A stretch of 64,000 nt of DNA from NCBI GenBank assembly GCA_015065845.1, contig SVPQ01000007.1:3805-67804 (forward strand), written 5' to 3'. Made by a program: the position numbers and the translations under genes. The DNA comes from Oscillospiraceae bacterium (GTDB lineage: Bacteria > Bacillota > Clostridia > Oscillospirales > Acutalibacteraceae). Below, piece after piece: positions 54,862 through 62,827 of this stretch (positions within the stretch are counted from its first letter, which is position 1; each line of letters opens with the position of its first letter). The notes beneath the pieces were generated by a model, which saw only the letters and a list, made by a program, of their open reading frames with translations, was not told the origin of the DNA and made no database searches.

Positions 54862-57531
54862 TTAAAATGTGAATTCTAATGTTCTTGGGTTGTTTGCTTC
54901 AAATGTGATTTTTTCTTCATCTTCTGAAAGTCCGCAGGAAATGGTTAATGTCTGGTTGATTTCAGATGTAACAGTAGCAATTATAACAGAGTTTTCAAAA
55001 TCCCATATCAATGACTCTATAATGCATCTGTTTCTTGTTCTTATTCCGGCAATTTCACCATTTTCAAAACTTTTTGGTACAGCGGGTAAAAGTTCGATTT
55101 TATCATTGTAAGAGTATATAAGACTTTCGTTTACAATTCCTAAACAACCTATTGCAAAGTCGGTACAGTAACAACTGTTTCTGTCGTAGTCGTGGTTTGT
55201 CATCATAGAATCATAATATATTCCGTGATTCATAAGATTTAAAAGTGATTCTTCAACTGCTTCTGAATCTTTGAGTCTTGCACCGATTAATGCTCTGTGA
55301 ACTAGCGCGTGACTCGCTTGGTTTTCACTTGCTCTGTTTAAAATTGCCTGGTCACACGCTTTTTTGAGTGCTTCATCTTCTTGTGTTTCAAACATAGGCC
55401 AAGCACAATAAAGATGGCTTAAATGTCTGTGTAAATTGTTTTCAGTAAATTCGTTTGCCGCCCATTCTTTTAAAGCACCTGTTTCGTCATAGAGGTAAGG
55501 TGGCAATTTTTTTAAAAGTTCTTCCCAGTAACTTGTGTCGGCATTTTCGTCAATGCTTTTCTGAATTTCAATAAGCATTAAAAGATTGCTCTTACAAGCA
55601 GAAATATCTATTGCGGCATTTGCAACAGATGGACTTGGGTAATTTTCAGGATTATTTTCAGGTGAATAACTTGGGAGGATTGCGTAAGTTTCATCTTCAA
55701 GTAATTCTTTTTTCCCTTTTTTATAATGAACTTCGCCATTTTTGTCAGTGTAATATTCAGGGGTCATTATCTGGTCCCAGTAATTTGCAGATTTAGTAAG
55801 CAAAGGTAAAAGAATTTCAGTTCTTAAATCAAGGCAACCTTTTTCGGTTATTGCTTTTATATCTTCGTCTGTCAAATCTTCTTCCGTTACTGAAAGAACA
55901 GATTTCAACTTGTTTAAATCAAATTCACTTGAGAGCGGAATACTGACATCACCATAGCAAAGCAAAGTTTCATAAAGTGGGTTTAACATCCAGGAAGCAC
56001 CCGCATTCCAGTAACGGAAAGGGTAAGGGTAACAGGTTTCTGTTATAACTGCTTTGTCACCATCAGTATTTACCGGTGCCTGAATTGCATCAGTAAATCC
56101 GTGAGTTGCTTTTGCATTTTCTTCCCAGTCAGGCATTTGTCTTAAAAGGAAAGTAGCGTAGCCTATGTAACTTGATGGCATATTGCTGGTGTTGAGTGAC
56201 GAGGTCTGTAAATTGACATTTGCATCCATTGTGTATTTGCTACCCCAACCAGGTGCCCATTCACCGGTCCATAAACCACCGAGTCTTGAGGTTGAATAAC
56301 CTGAGCAACAAAGGTATGCATAACGACCTGAATAATATACTCTTTCTGCTAAATCAGTGTTGATTTTCTTTTTACCCATTTGTTTGAAAATGAGTTTTTC
56401 GTTAGAAACAACAGAGTTATTTTCGCCGAGTGAAAATGAAACTTTATTGTATTCGTCAGAGAAGATTTTTGTATGTTCTTCAATAGCTTTTTCGTAACTG
56501 AATACATCATCTTCTGAGTATTTCTTTTGAATGTTAACTGCTTTTTTCCTTAATTTCTCAATGAGTCTGAATTCTGTTTCTTTCTCAAATTCTTTCATTG
56601 TACCTGCTTTAAAATCTCTGTCAGAAATTGCAATAAGATAAACATTGTCAGCATCTGTAATTTGTATAGCAGGATTCTCTTTACCGCAATATTGATTATC
56701 TGTTACATCTTCCAGAGTAACTTTTTCTTTTGTTCCACCTTCAGTTATAACATAAACAACTGTTGCATACGCTCCATTTTTTAGTTCACTTTCTTTATAC
56801 TCAGGATAGTGTGCAATAAATGAAATAGTGTCAGTGTCTTCTGAAATGAGTTTTTTGTATTTTAAATCTACCTCGCTACCGTTTTCAAAGTTTGCAAAAG
56901 TAGAAATGTTGTCAAATGAAAGTGTTAAATTAACTTTTTCACCTTTTGATGATTTTGAAATTTTTGTGATGGTTGCGTTGTCGGTTTGTGAAGTGAAAGA
57001 AACTCTTTCCCAACTACCTGCAAAGTTAGAATATTTTACACCAACTTCAGCAGATTCATAATTTGTGTATCTGTAATATTTTGTTGTCGGTTGCCATTTG
57101 CTTTTTATTCTTAACGCACCACCCGGATGAAAAGAATAAACATCATCATAACTTGCGTCGTCAACAATATCTTTGCTTGCGGCAATATTTTGCTTTACTG
57201 TTTCTAATTCATCTGAAGTATCAGGGCAGTAACGCACTTTTTCATTAGGCATTATAAAGTGAATGTTCTGGTAAATAAGTGAATCGCTGTAGGGAGCACC
57301 ACTTGTAATTATACCTTGTAGTCCGTTGCCAGAAATCATACCATTACGCCACGCGTCAGTATTATTTTCTTTTGTTTCTGAAAGTTTGTAATATCTTTCA
57401 GAATAACACGCTTTATTTGTGCTGGTAAAAGAATCGCTTATGTAATCAAAACTGTCACCCGGCACAATAAAAGAACCTATAAATTGAAAAACTGTTAAGA
57501 TTAAACTTAATATCATTCTTACAACACCCAT
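54862..57531 (-). CDS. GH95-like glycoside hydrolase (alpha-L-fucosidase-related), N-terminal signal/anchor
   Basis: About 890 aa. YTMDANVNLQ resembles the GH95 DxNxNLQMNYW block, and the (alpha/alpha)6-like C-terminal half fits. I prefer the ATG at 57531; the ORF extends to a TTG at 57588. Confidence 0.65.
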   Translation of the reverse strand: MGVVRMILSLILTVFQFIGSFIVPGDSFDYISDSFTSTNKACYSERYYKLSETKENNTDAWRNGMISGNGLQGIITSGAPYSDSLIYQNIHFIMPNEKVRYCPDTSDELETVKQNIAASKDIVDDASYDDVYSFHPGGALRIKSKWQPTTKYYRYTNYESAEVGVKYSNFAGSWERVSFTSQTDNATITKISKSSKGEKVNLTLSFDNISTFANFENGSEVDLKYKKLISEDTDTISFIAHYPEYKESELKNGAYATVVYVITEGGTKEKVTLEDVTDNQYCGKENPAIQITDADNVYLIAISDRDFKAGTMKEFEKETEFRLIEKLRKKAVNIQKKYSEDDVFSYEKAIEEHTKIFSDEYNKVSFSLGENNSVVSNEKLIFKQMGKKKINTDLAERVYYSGRYAYLCCSGYSTSRLGGLWTGEWAPGWGSKYTMDANVNLQTSSLNTSNMPSSYIGYATFLLRQMPDWEENAKATHGFTDAIQAPVNTDGDKAVITETCYPYPFRYWNAGASWMLNPLYETLLCYGDVSIPLSSEFDLNKLKSVLSVTEEDLTDEDIKAITEKGCLDLRTEILLPLLTKSANYWDQIMTPEYYTDKNGEVHYKKGKKELLEDETYAILPSYSPENNPENYPSPSVANAAIDISACKSNLLMLIEIQKSIDENADTSYWEELLKKLPPYLYDETGALKEWAANEFTENNLHRHLSHLYCAWPMFETQEDEALKKACDQAILNRASENQASHALVHRALIGARLKDSEAVEESLLNLMNHGIYYDSMMTNHDYDRNSCYCTDFAIGCLGIVNESLIYSYNDKIELLPAVPKSFENGEIAGIRTRNRCIIESLIWDFENSVIIATVTSEINQTLTISCGLSEDEEKITFEANNPRTLEFTF

Positions 57532-57624
57532 AATACACCATCCATTCTTTATTGTGGTTATTGTAACATAAAAAGGTAACAGGTTCAATTGTAAAAAAAT
57601 AATTTTAAAATTTTAAAAAAATCA

Positions 57625-57653
57625 TTGACATTTAAAATCCAATGTGTTATTAT
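57625..57653 (+). promoter_or_regulatory. Sigma-A-type promoter for the tRNA-Ser pair (TTGACA-17-TATTAT)
   Basis: ttgaca at 57625-57630 and tattat at 57648-57653. Lies about 18 nt upstream of the first tRNA. Confidence 0.6.
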
Positions 57654-57670
57654 GTCACTCGTGAATAATT

Positions 57671-57759
57671 GCAGAGGTACCGAAGTGGTTATAACGGAAC
57701 GGTCTTGAAAACCGTCGTACGGCAACGTACCGTGGGTTCGAATCCCACCCTCTGCGCCA
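57671..57759 (+). tRNA. tRNA-Ser (anticodon TGA), encoded CCA
   Basis: GCAGAGG...ACGGT-CTTGAAA-ACCGT...long variable arm...GTGGGTTCGAATCCCAC-CCTCTGC-G-CCA. Confidence 0.9.
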
Positions 57760-57811
57760 CAGCCTTTCTTAGTGAAAGGCTAATTTAATAATAACCGAGA
57801 TGGTTACCAAT

Positions 57812-57902
57812 GGAGAAGTACTCAAGTTGGTGACGAGGCGCCCCTGCTAAGGGCGTAGGTCGGGAAACCGGCGCGAGAGTTCGAGTCTCTCCTTCTCCGC
57901 CA
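57812..57902 (+). tRNA. tRNA-Ser (anticodon GCT), encoded CCA
   Basis: GGAGAAG...CGCCC-CTGCTAA-GGGCG...long variable arm...GAGAGTTCGAGTCTCTC-CTTCTCC-G-CCA. Confidence 0.9.
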
Positions 57903-57966
57903 AATAAACTCATACACCTTTGGGTGTGTGAGTTTATTTTTTTGAGTAACAGACTCGAACTCGAGC
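57901..57966 (+). repeat. Terminator-hairpin module, copy A (repeated at 58282-58346)
   Basis: caaataaactcatacacctttgggtgtgtgagtttatttttttgagtaacagactcgaactcgagc. The hairpin plus T-run also serves as the tRNA-Ser terminator. Confidence 0.85.
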
Positions 57967-58099
57967 GACGAAGGCGCGGGCAAGGAACACGACCGCCGCC
58001 AGTGGCGGAAGAAGGGAGTGTGAGTTGGCGTAGTGGTCAAAATTCTGTGAGAGAAGCGAACAAAGAATTTTGGGTACCACAAGAGGGTTGCTGTGCAAA

Positions 58100-58122
58100 T
58101 TCGAGTCTCTCCTTCTCCGCCA
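58100..58122 (+). pseudogene. 23-nt duplicate of the tRNA-Ser(GCT) 3-prime end (att-like remnant)
   Basis: ttcgagtctctccttctccgcca is identical to 57880-57902. The upstream sequence does not fold into a tRNA of normal length. Confidence 0.75.
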
Positions 58123-58163
58123 AAACGAAAATCCGTTCACGCAAGTGGATGGATTTTCGTTTT
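58123..58163 (+). terminator. Hairpin with T-run after the tRNA-Ser fragment
   Basis: aaacgaaaatcc...ggattttcgttt. Confidence 0.6.
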
Positions 58164-58164
58164 G

Positions 58165-58204
58165 TATTATTCAATTTTCATTATTCAATATTCATTATTC
58201 ATTA
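58165..58204. repeat. TTCATTATTCA-type AT-rich short tandem repeats
   Basis: tattattcaattttcattattcaatattcattattcatta. Confidence 0.6.
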
Positions 58205-58281
58205 AAAAGAACGGATTTTCAACTTTGCACCCCCTAACCTCAAAAGGGGGGTGCATTTGTATCAAAATCAGGCTTAGTCTT

Positions 58282-58346
58282 CAAATAAACTCATACACCT
58301 TTAGGTGTGTGAGTTTATTTTTTTGAGTGTAGACTCGAACTCGAGC
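58282..58346 (+). repeat. Terminator-hairpin module, copy B
   Basis: caaataaactcatacacctttaggtgtgtgagtttatttttttgagtgtagactcgaactcgagc. Differs from copy A at a few positions. Confidence 0.85.
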
Positions 58347-58480
58347 CGATTGCAAAGCATTGTTTTATATGATACAATTATTTCAATAAATATACCATTC
58401 CACTCAAATTCGCTTTTCGGGGGATGTGAATTCTCGGTGAAAATGCTTATAATCAACTTAAAGTTTTTGGGGGTGACCTT

Positions 58481-58990
58481 ATGAATCAGCAAGTAATCGG
58501 AAAATTTATAACGCTTAAGCGAAAAGAAAAAAATCTGACACAGGAACAACTTGCCGAAAAAATCGGTGTGAGCAATAAAACTATTTCGAAATGGGAAAAC
58601 GGCAAGTGTATGCCTGATTATTCCGTAATAGAAATTCTTTGCAAAGAACTGGATGTTACAGTTTCTGAACTTTTAGATGGTGAAGAAAACGAAAAGAGTA
58701 TCCGTCTTTATGATGAAAAAGAAATAATTGGAATGATAAAAGATATACAGGAACTGAAAAAATCCAAAGATTCAAATTCAAGCTTCTTTCTTATAATTAT
58801 GGGTATTTCTTTACTTGCGCTTTCGTTTTGTATTGAGGGTTCTGAATTTAAAGACTTTGTTTCAGGTTTTTTATTGGGTATATCTGTTGTGGAAATGATT
58901 TTGGGAATTTATTTGTTAGTCAGAACAATGAATCATAATAAGGTCATTTATAAATTGAAAGTTCTGGTGAATAGGATTATAAAACGCTGA
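58481..58990 (+). CDS. XRE-family HTH regulator with C-terminal TM segments
   Basis: IGKFITLKRKEKNLTQEQLAEKIGVSNKTISKWENGKCMPD is a Cro/C1-type HTH. Two hydrophobic helices lie near the C-terminus. Confidence 0.85.
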   Translation: MNQQVIGKFITLKRKEKNLTQEQLAEKIGVSNKTISKWENGKCMPDYSVIEILCKELDVTVSELLDGEENEKSIRLYDEKEIIGMIKDIQELKKSKDSNSSFFLIIMGISLLALSFCIEGSEFKDFVSGFLLGISVVEMILGIYLLVRTMNHNKVIYKLKVLVNRIIKR

Positions 58991-59014
58991 TAGTGGTTTT
59001 TGGGGGAGTAGTAA

Positions 59015-59569
59015 GTGAAAAAGAGGTTTATTGTTTCAGTAGTAATTTTAGTTGTTGTGACAGGTGCTGTTTTCAGTCTTTTTGCAATAAATAAATCAGG
59101 TAATAATGAAAAACTGAATGTGGAAAAACAAGATGATTATATTTTGAAATTTGTGGTTTTTAATCCGTTATCTTATGAACGATATATTTTTTTGTTAGCC
59201 GATGAAAATACCATAATGGCACAATACCAAAATGGTTGTGGTGATTTTGAAGATTTGTCAGTAAAGTTAGACGAAACAATGCTCGATTTTATGCAACCTT
59301 ATATTGACACAGTTCTTTCTGTAACAGATAAAGATTTAACTGGTAATGTTAATTTTACGGATTTCTGGAATGTCAGTTTGTATTGTGGAGAGACAGAAGC
59401 TTTATATGATTATGGTGTTTCGGAGTGTAATGCTGCAAATATCTTGCTTGAACAAATTATAGGTTGTTGTGATTTTAAATCGGCAAATAAAGAAAAGTTA
59501 CAACCATTATGTGTACGACAACGGGAGTTTATGGAAATGTACTGTAAAAAGTATAAAGGTGATTTATGA
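59015..59569 (+). CDS. Hypothetical membrane-anchored/secreted Cys-rich protein
   Basis: GTG start with a GGGGGAG RBS. N-terminal hydrophobic segment FIVSVVILVVVTGAVFSLFA. Its stop overlaps the next gene's start. Confidence 0.6.
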   Translation: MKKRFIVSVVILVVVTGAVFSLFAINKSGNNEKLNVEKQDDYILKFVVFNPLSYERYIFLLADENTIMAQYQNGCGDFEDLSVKLDETMLDFMQPYIDTVLSVTDKDLTGNVNFTDFWNVSLYCGETEALYDYGVSECNAANILLEQIIGCCDFKSANKEKLQPLCVRQREFMEMYCKKYKGDL

Positions 59570-60243
59570 TGAAAAAGAAATTGATTGTTTTAGTATTATC
59601 ACTTGTAGTAGTTATTGTAACAGTTGTCGGGGCAATTAATTACCATGAGAAAAATTCGGAATGGACAATGGAAAGACTTGTTGAAGAATCAGACTGTTGT
59701 GTTCAAATCAGTACATCTTATATTGGTTATTGTTATCAGGCGATTCCGAAAGAACCGCTTAAAGAAGTGTATGAAAAAGATGGTAAGATTTATCAGGAAG
59801 TGGTAGTATCTACAAGTCCAAAAACAGTTAAATTTTTTGATGATATGGAGATTACTATAATTCAGGAAAATGAACAGTATTTAAATGAGCATGCGTACAT
59901 CGTATTTTTAACAAAGGCGGAAGAAGATGACTGCTATTATGTGTCAGGTGGTAAAAATGGTGTTATAAAACTTGTTAATTTTGGTTTTGGAGAACATGCA
60001 TACATAGAAGAATTTATTTACGGAAAATTTCGCTCGGACAATAAGGTTCTGGAAAAAGAATTTAACGAGAAATTTGAGGATTATAGTGCGTTTTGTGATT
60101 GGGAAGAATCCGAAGACAATAAATTTTCAGATAAAATGATTCCGATTGAGAAACCGACATTTATTGAGTTCGATATTAACAATACAACACTTCCGGATAT
60201 AGATTATAGTAATATAGAAACAACCGCACCCTGGAAAGATTAG
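59566..60243 (+). CDS. Hypothetical membrane-anchored protein, paralog A
   Basis: N-terminal anchor. Shares EESDCCV, Y(Y/I)V/ITGGK(N/S)G and FSDKM motifs with 60273-60893. Confidence 0.6.
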   Translation: MMKKKLIVLVLSLVVVIVTVVGAINYHEKNSEWTMERLVEESDCCVQISTSYIGYCYQAIPKEPLKEVYEKDGKIYQEVVVSTSPKTVKFFDDMEITIIQENEQYLNEHAYIVFLTKAEEDDCYYVSGGKNGVIKLVNFGFGEHAYIEEFIYGKFRSDNKVLEKEFNEKFEDYSAFCDWEESEDNKFSDKMIPIEKPTFIEFDINNTTLPDIDYSNIETTAPWKD

Positions 60244-60272
60244 TCATAGTTTAAATGAAAGTGGGAAGTATA

Positions 60273-60893
60273 ATGAAAAGGAAGTTAATTGTTCGTATAT
60301 CTGTAGTTGTATTCAGTGCCGTAGTAGGCGTAGTTCTTTTTATTTTTTCTAGAAATCAATCGGAACAAACGCTTGAAAAAATAATCGAAGAATCAGATTG
60401 TTGTGTTTGCCTTGGTTCAATAGGTGGAGCTACATTGTCATCTGATATTGATATTGGACTTACAGGCGATTTGAAATTTATAGAAAAAGAAAACAATGCC
60501 GAGACATGTGTTGAGAAAATGATAGGTCTTGGTGATGAAGATGTCTATTTTCCCGATTTCGAAGTAACCCTTGTAAAACAGTATGAAGATGGTAAAACAA
60601 TTATTGAGTATGCAGACGAGTTTGTTTGCGAAAAAATTTCTGATATAAGACCACTATATATTTTGTTTTTATCTAAATCTGATGATGGTGATTATTATTA
60701 CATAACAGGTGGTAAAAGTGGTGCTATGGAATTGAATGAAAGAGGAATGAAACCACTTGATAAAAGATTAACGCTTGGTGTGTTGCTTAAGTTTAAAAAT
60801 GATATTAATGTTTTTTGTGAGTGGTATGAAAATGAGTATGAGTTTTCAGATAAAATGGTTACCCGTAAAAAAATTGTAACCTATTACCAGTGA
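60273..60893 (+). CDS. Hypothetical membrane-anchored protein, paralog B
   Basis: Same motif set as 59566-60243. ATG at 60273 with a GGGAAG RBS; the ORF extends to 60255. Confidence 0.6.
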   Translation: MKRKLIVRISVVVFSAVVGVVLFIFSRNQSEQTLEKIIEESDCCVCLGSIGGATLSSDIDIGLTGDLKFIEKENNAETCVEKMIGLGDEDVYFPDFEVTLVKQYEDGKTIIEYADEFVCEKISDIRPLYILFLSKSDDGDYYYITGGKSGAMELNERGMKPLDKRLTLGVLLKFKNDINVFCEWYENEYEFSDKMVTRKKIVTYYQ

Positions 60894-60982
60894 AAATCAC
60901 TATTTCAAAAGAAAACTAAAAAGAATAGAGATTATAGAATAAATAATAAAGAATAAACCAAAACAGGAAACGGAGTGTATTT

Positions 60983-61080
60983 ACTCTGTTTCCTGTTTCC
61001 TATTTCCTGCTTCCTGCTCCCTGCTTCCTGAAAACTGACACCTCACTTGCAACTTGCAACTTGCACACTTGCAACTAAAA
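60983..61080. repeat. Two adjacent short-tandem-repeat blocks: TTCCTG-type (60983-61030), then ACTTGCA-type (61044-61080, copy 2)
   Basis: ctctgtttcctgtttcctatttcctgcttcctgctccctgcttcctga and cacttgcaacttgcaacttgcacacttgcaactaaaa. The first part also pairs with aaacaggaaacggagt (60961-60976) to form a hairpin. Confidence 0.7.
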
Positions 61081-61173
61081 AACTTGACAAACCACCCCAA
61101 AAAATGCAATAATATAGTGATTATATATTTTAAAATGCGAAAATGTGTAATTTTTGCATTACGAGGTGTTTTT

Positions 61174-61710
61174 GTGCGAGTAATTACAGGTTCACAGCGT
61201 GGTCGTAAACTTATGTCGCTTGAGGGCGATAGTGTAAGACCAACCACTGACAAAGTAAAAGAATCTATTTTTAATATTATTCAGTTCGATGTACCGGACG
61301 CTAAAGTGTTAGACCTTTTTGCAGGTTCTGGTCAATTAGGTATTGAAGCACTCAGTCGTGGTGCAGAAAGTTGTGTGTTTGTGGATTCTTCTTCAAAATC
61401 TATTGCAGTTGTAGAAGAAAATCTGAAAATTACTTCGTTCCGTGATAAAGCAAAAACAGTGCGTTCAGATTCATTAGGCTATTTGGACAGAGTTATTGAA
61501 ACTTATGATATTGCAATTTTAGACCCACCTTATAAAGCAGGTCTTATGGAAGATGCAATAGAACGAGTTGCACCACATATAAATGAAAATGGTGTAATTG
61601 TCTGCGAAACAGGTAGTGATGAGGTTTTACCTGAAAATATAGAAGGGTTCACTTCAAAAAGATATAAATACGGGAAAATTGCTTTGACTGTTTACAGAAA
61701 GGGTGAGTAA
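61174..61710 (+). CDS. rsmD: 16S rRNA (guanine966-N2)-methyltransferase RsmD
   Basis: GTG at 61174 with a GAGGTG RBS. RVITGSQRGRKL, RPTTDKVKESIFN, LDLFAGSGQLGIEALSRGA and DPPY motifs. Confidence 0.85.
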   Translation: MRVITGSQRGRKLMSLEGDSVRPTTDKVKESIFNIIQFDVPDAKVLDLFAGSGQLGIEALSRGAESCVFVDSSSKSIAVVEENLKITSFRDKAKTVRSDSLGYLDRVIETYDIAILDPPYKAGLMEDAIERVAPHINENGVIVCETGSDEVLPENIEGFTSKRYKYGKIALTVYRKGE

Positions 61711-62197
61711 ATTGGGTAAAACTGTTATTTGTCCGGGTAGTTTTGACCCACTTACAATAGGTCACTTAGATATTATCAAAAGGTCTTCTAAATTATTTGA
61801 CCAGGTAATTGTTGTTGTAATGAAAAATTTCAACAAAAACAGTGGTAGTTTTACAGTTGAAGAAAGAATGGAATTTATAAAGCGTTGCACCGAAGATTTA
61901 CCTAATGTAACTGTTGACAGTCACTTGGGCCTTCTTGCAGACTACGCAAGAGAAAAAGGTGCTTCTGCGGTAGTTAAAGGTCTTCGTGCTATTTCAGACT
62001 TTGACGATGAATTCCGTCAGGCACTTACTAACCAGAAGTTAAACAGTGAACTTGAAACCATTTTTTTAACTACAAGTGCAGATTATATGTTTTTAAGTTC
62101 AAGTGTTGTAAAAGAAGTGTGCAAATTAGGTGGCGATGTTTCAACATTCGTACCAGAACAAATCCGCGATGACATAATTGCGAGATTATCTAAGTAA
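61703..62197 (+). CDS. coaD: Phosphopantetheine adenylyltransferase
   Basis: CPGSFDPLTIGHLDII (T/HxGH motif) and a length of about 160 aa. The exact start (GTG 61703 or a TTG a few codons later) is uncertain. Confidence 0.85.
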   Translation: MSKLGKTVICPGSFDPLTIGHLDIIKRSSKLFDQVIVVVMKNFNKNSGSFTVEERMEFIKRCTEDLPNVTVDSHLGLLADYAREKGASAVVKGLRAISDFDDEFRQALTNQKLNSELETIFLTTSADYMFLSSSVVKEVCKLGGDVSTFVPEQIRDDIIARLSK

Positions 62198-62258
62198 TTT
62201 ATAAATAAGTTAATAATAAAATTTTATATACATTTATTATTGAAAGGTTGGTAAAAAT

Positions 62259-62807
62259 ATGAGTATTGATACATTACTTAATGATATGGATACCGTAATT
62301 GAGGAAGGCAGAAGTGTTCCTCTTGTTCCAAACAAACTTTTAGTTGATGTTGATGAACTTCGTAGAATTATTGAGGACATCAGACTCAATATGCCTGTTG
62401 AAATTACACAGGCTAAAAAAATTGCAGCTGAAAGACGCGATATTCTCAATGCGGCAGACGCAGCAGCAGAAGAAGTTATTGTAAAAGCTCGTCAGAGAGC
62501 AGACCTTATGGTTGAAGAACATCAGATTACAAAAGAAGCAAAAGAGGCTGCTTTAGCAATTATGCAACAGGCTAAAGATGAGTCAAACGCTCTTCTTAAC
62601 GCTTCAAAAGCAAAAGCTGATGAAATAATGAATAAAGCAGAGCGCTGGTCTAACGATATGCGTAAAAATGCAAGTAATTATGTTGAAAATGTAATAAAAG
62701 ATGCTGATGAAACACTTACAAGAAGTGTAAATGACATCAGAACTTTAAGACAAAGCATCCACGATGCACTTAATACACCTACTGAACCAAGACCTAATTT
62801 TGACTGA
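62259..62807 (+). CDS. Conserved coiled-coil protein (ATP-synthase-subunit-b/H-like annotation class), function unknown
   Basis: GGTTGG RBS. Ala/Glu/Lys-rich helical sequence (AAERRDILNAADAAAEEVIVKARQRADLMVEE...). Confidence 0.6.
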   Translation: MSIDTLLNDMDTVIEEGRSVPLVPNKLLVDVDELRRIIEDIRLNMPVEITQAKKIAAERRDILNAADAAAEEVIVKARQRADLMVEEHQITKEAKEAALAIMQQAKDESNALLNASKAKADEIMNKAERWSNDMRKNASNYVENVIKDADETLTRSVNDIRTLRQSIHDALNTPTEPRPNFD

Positions 62808-62827
62808 TAAAGGGCGGAGTTTTTACG

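Noticed and set aside
54647-54865. 72-aa plus-strand ORF
   Set aside because: Its Phe/Asn/Ile-rich composition is typical of an antisense frame. The opposite-strand 62-aa ORF looks like a real protein.
57967-58122. A third, intact tRNA (or tRNA-Sec) ending at the duplicated CCA end
   Set aside because: A potential 5-prime acceptor strand (ggcggaagaagg) is imperfect, and the span would be over 110 nt with no convincing D or anticodon arm. More likely this is a remnant.
57822-58326. ORFs 57822-58082 (-), 57924-58205 (+), 57934-58140 (-) and 58093-58326 (+)
   Set aside because: They overlap tRNA-Ser(GCT), its duplicated 3-prime end and the repeat modules. There is no RBS or coding signal.
21178-61710. 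Longer ORF-track starts for several genes (23337, 24345, 26772, 31752, 33671, 34814, 43306, 57588, 60255, 61054)
   Set aside because: In each case a downstream ATG or GTG is preceded at 5-10 nt by a GGAGG-like RBS and matches the expected family N-terminus. The extensions lack an RBS or begin at TTG inside intergenic repeats.
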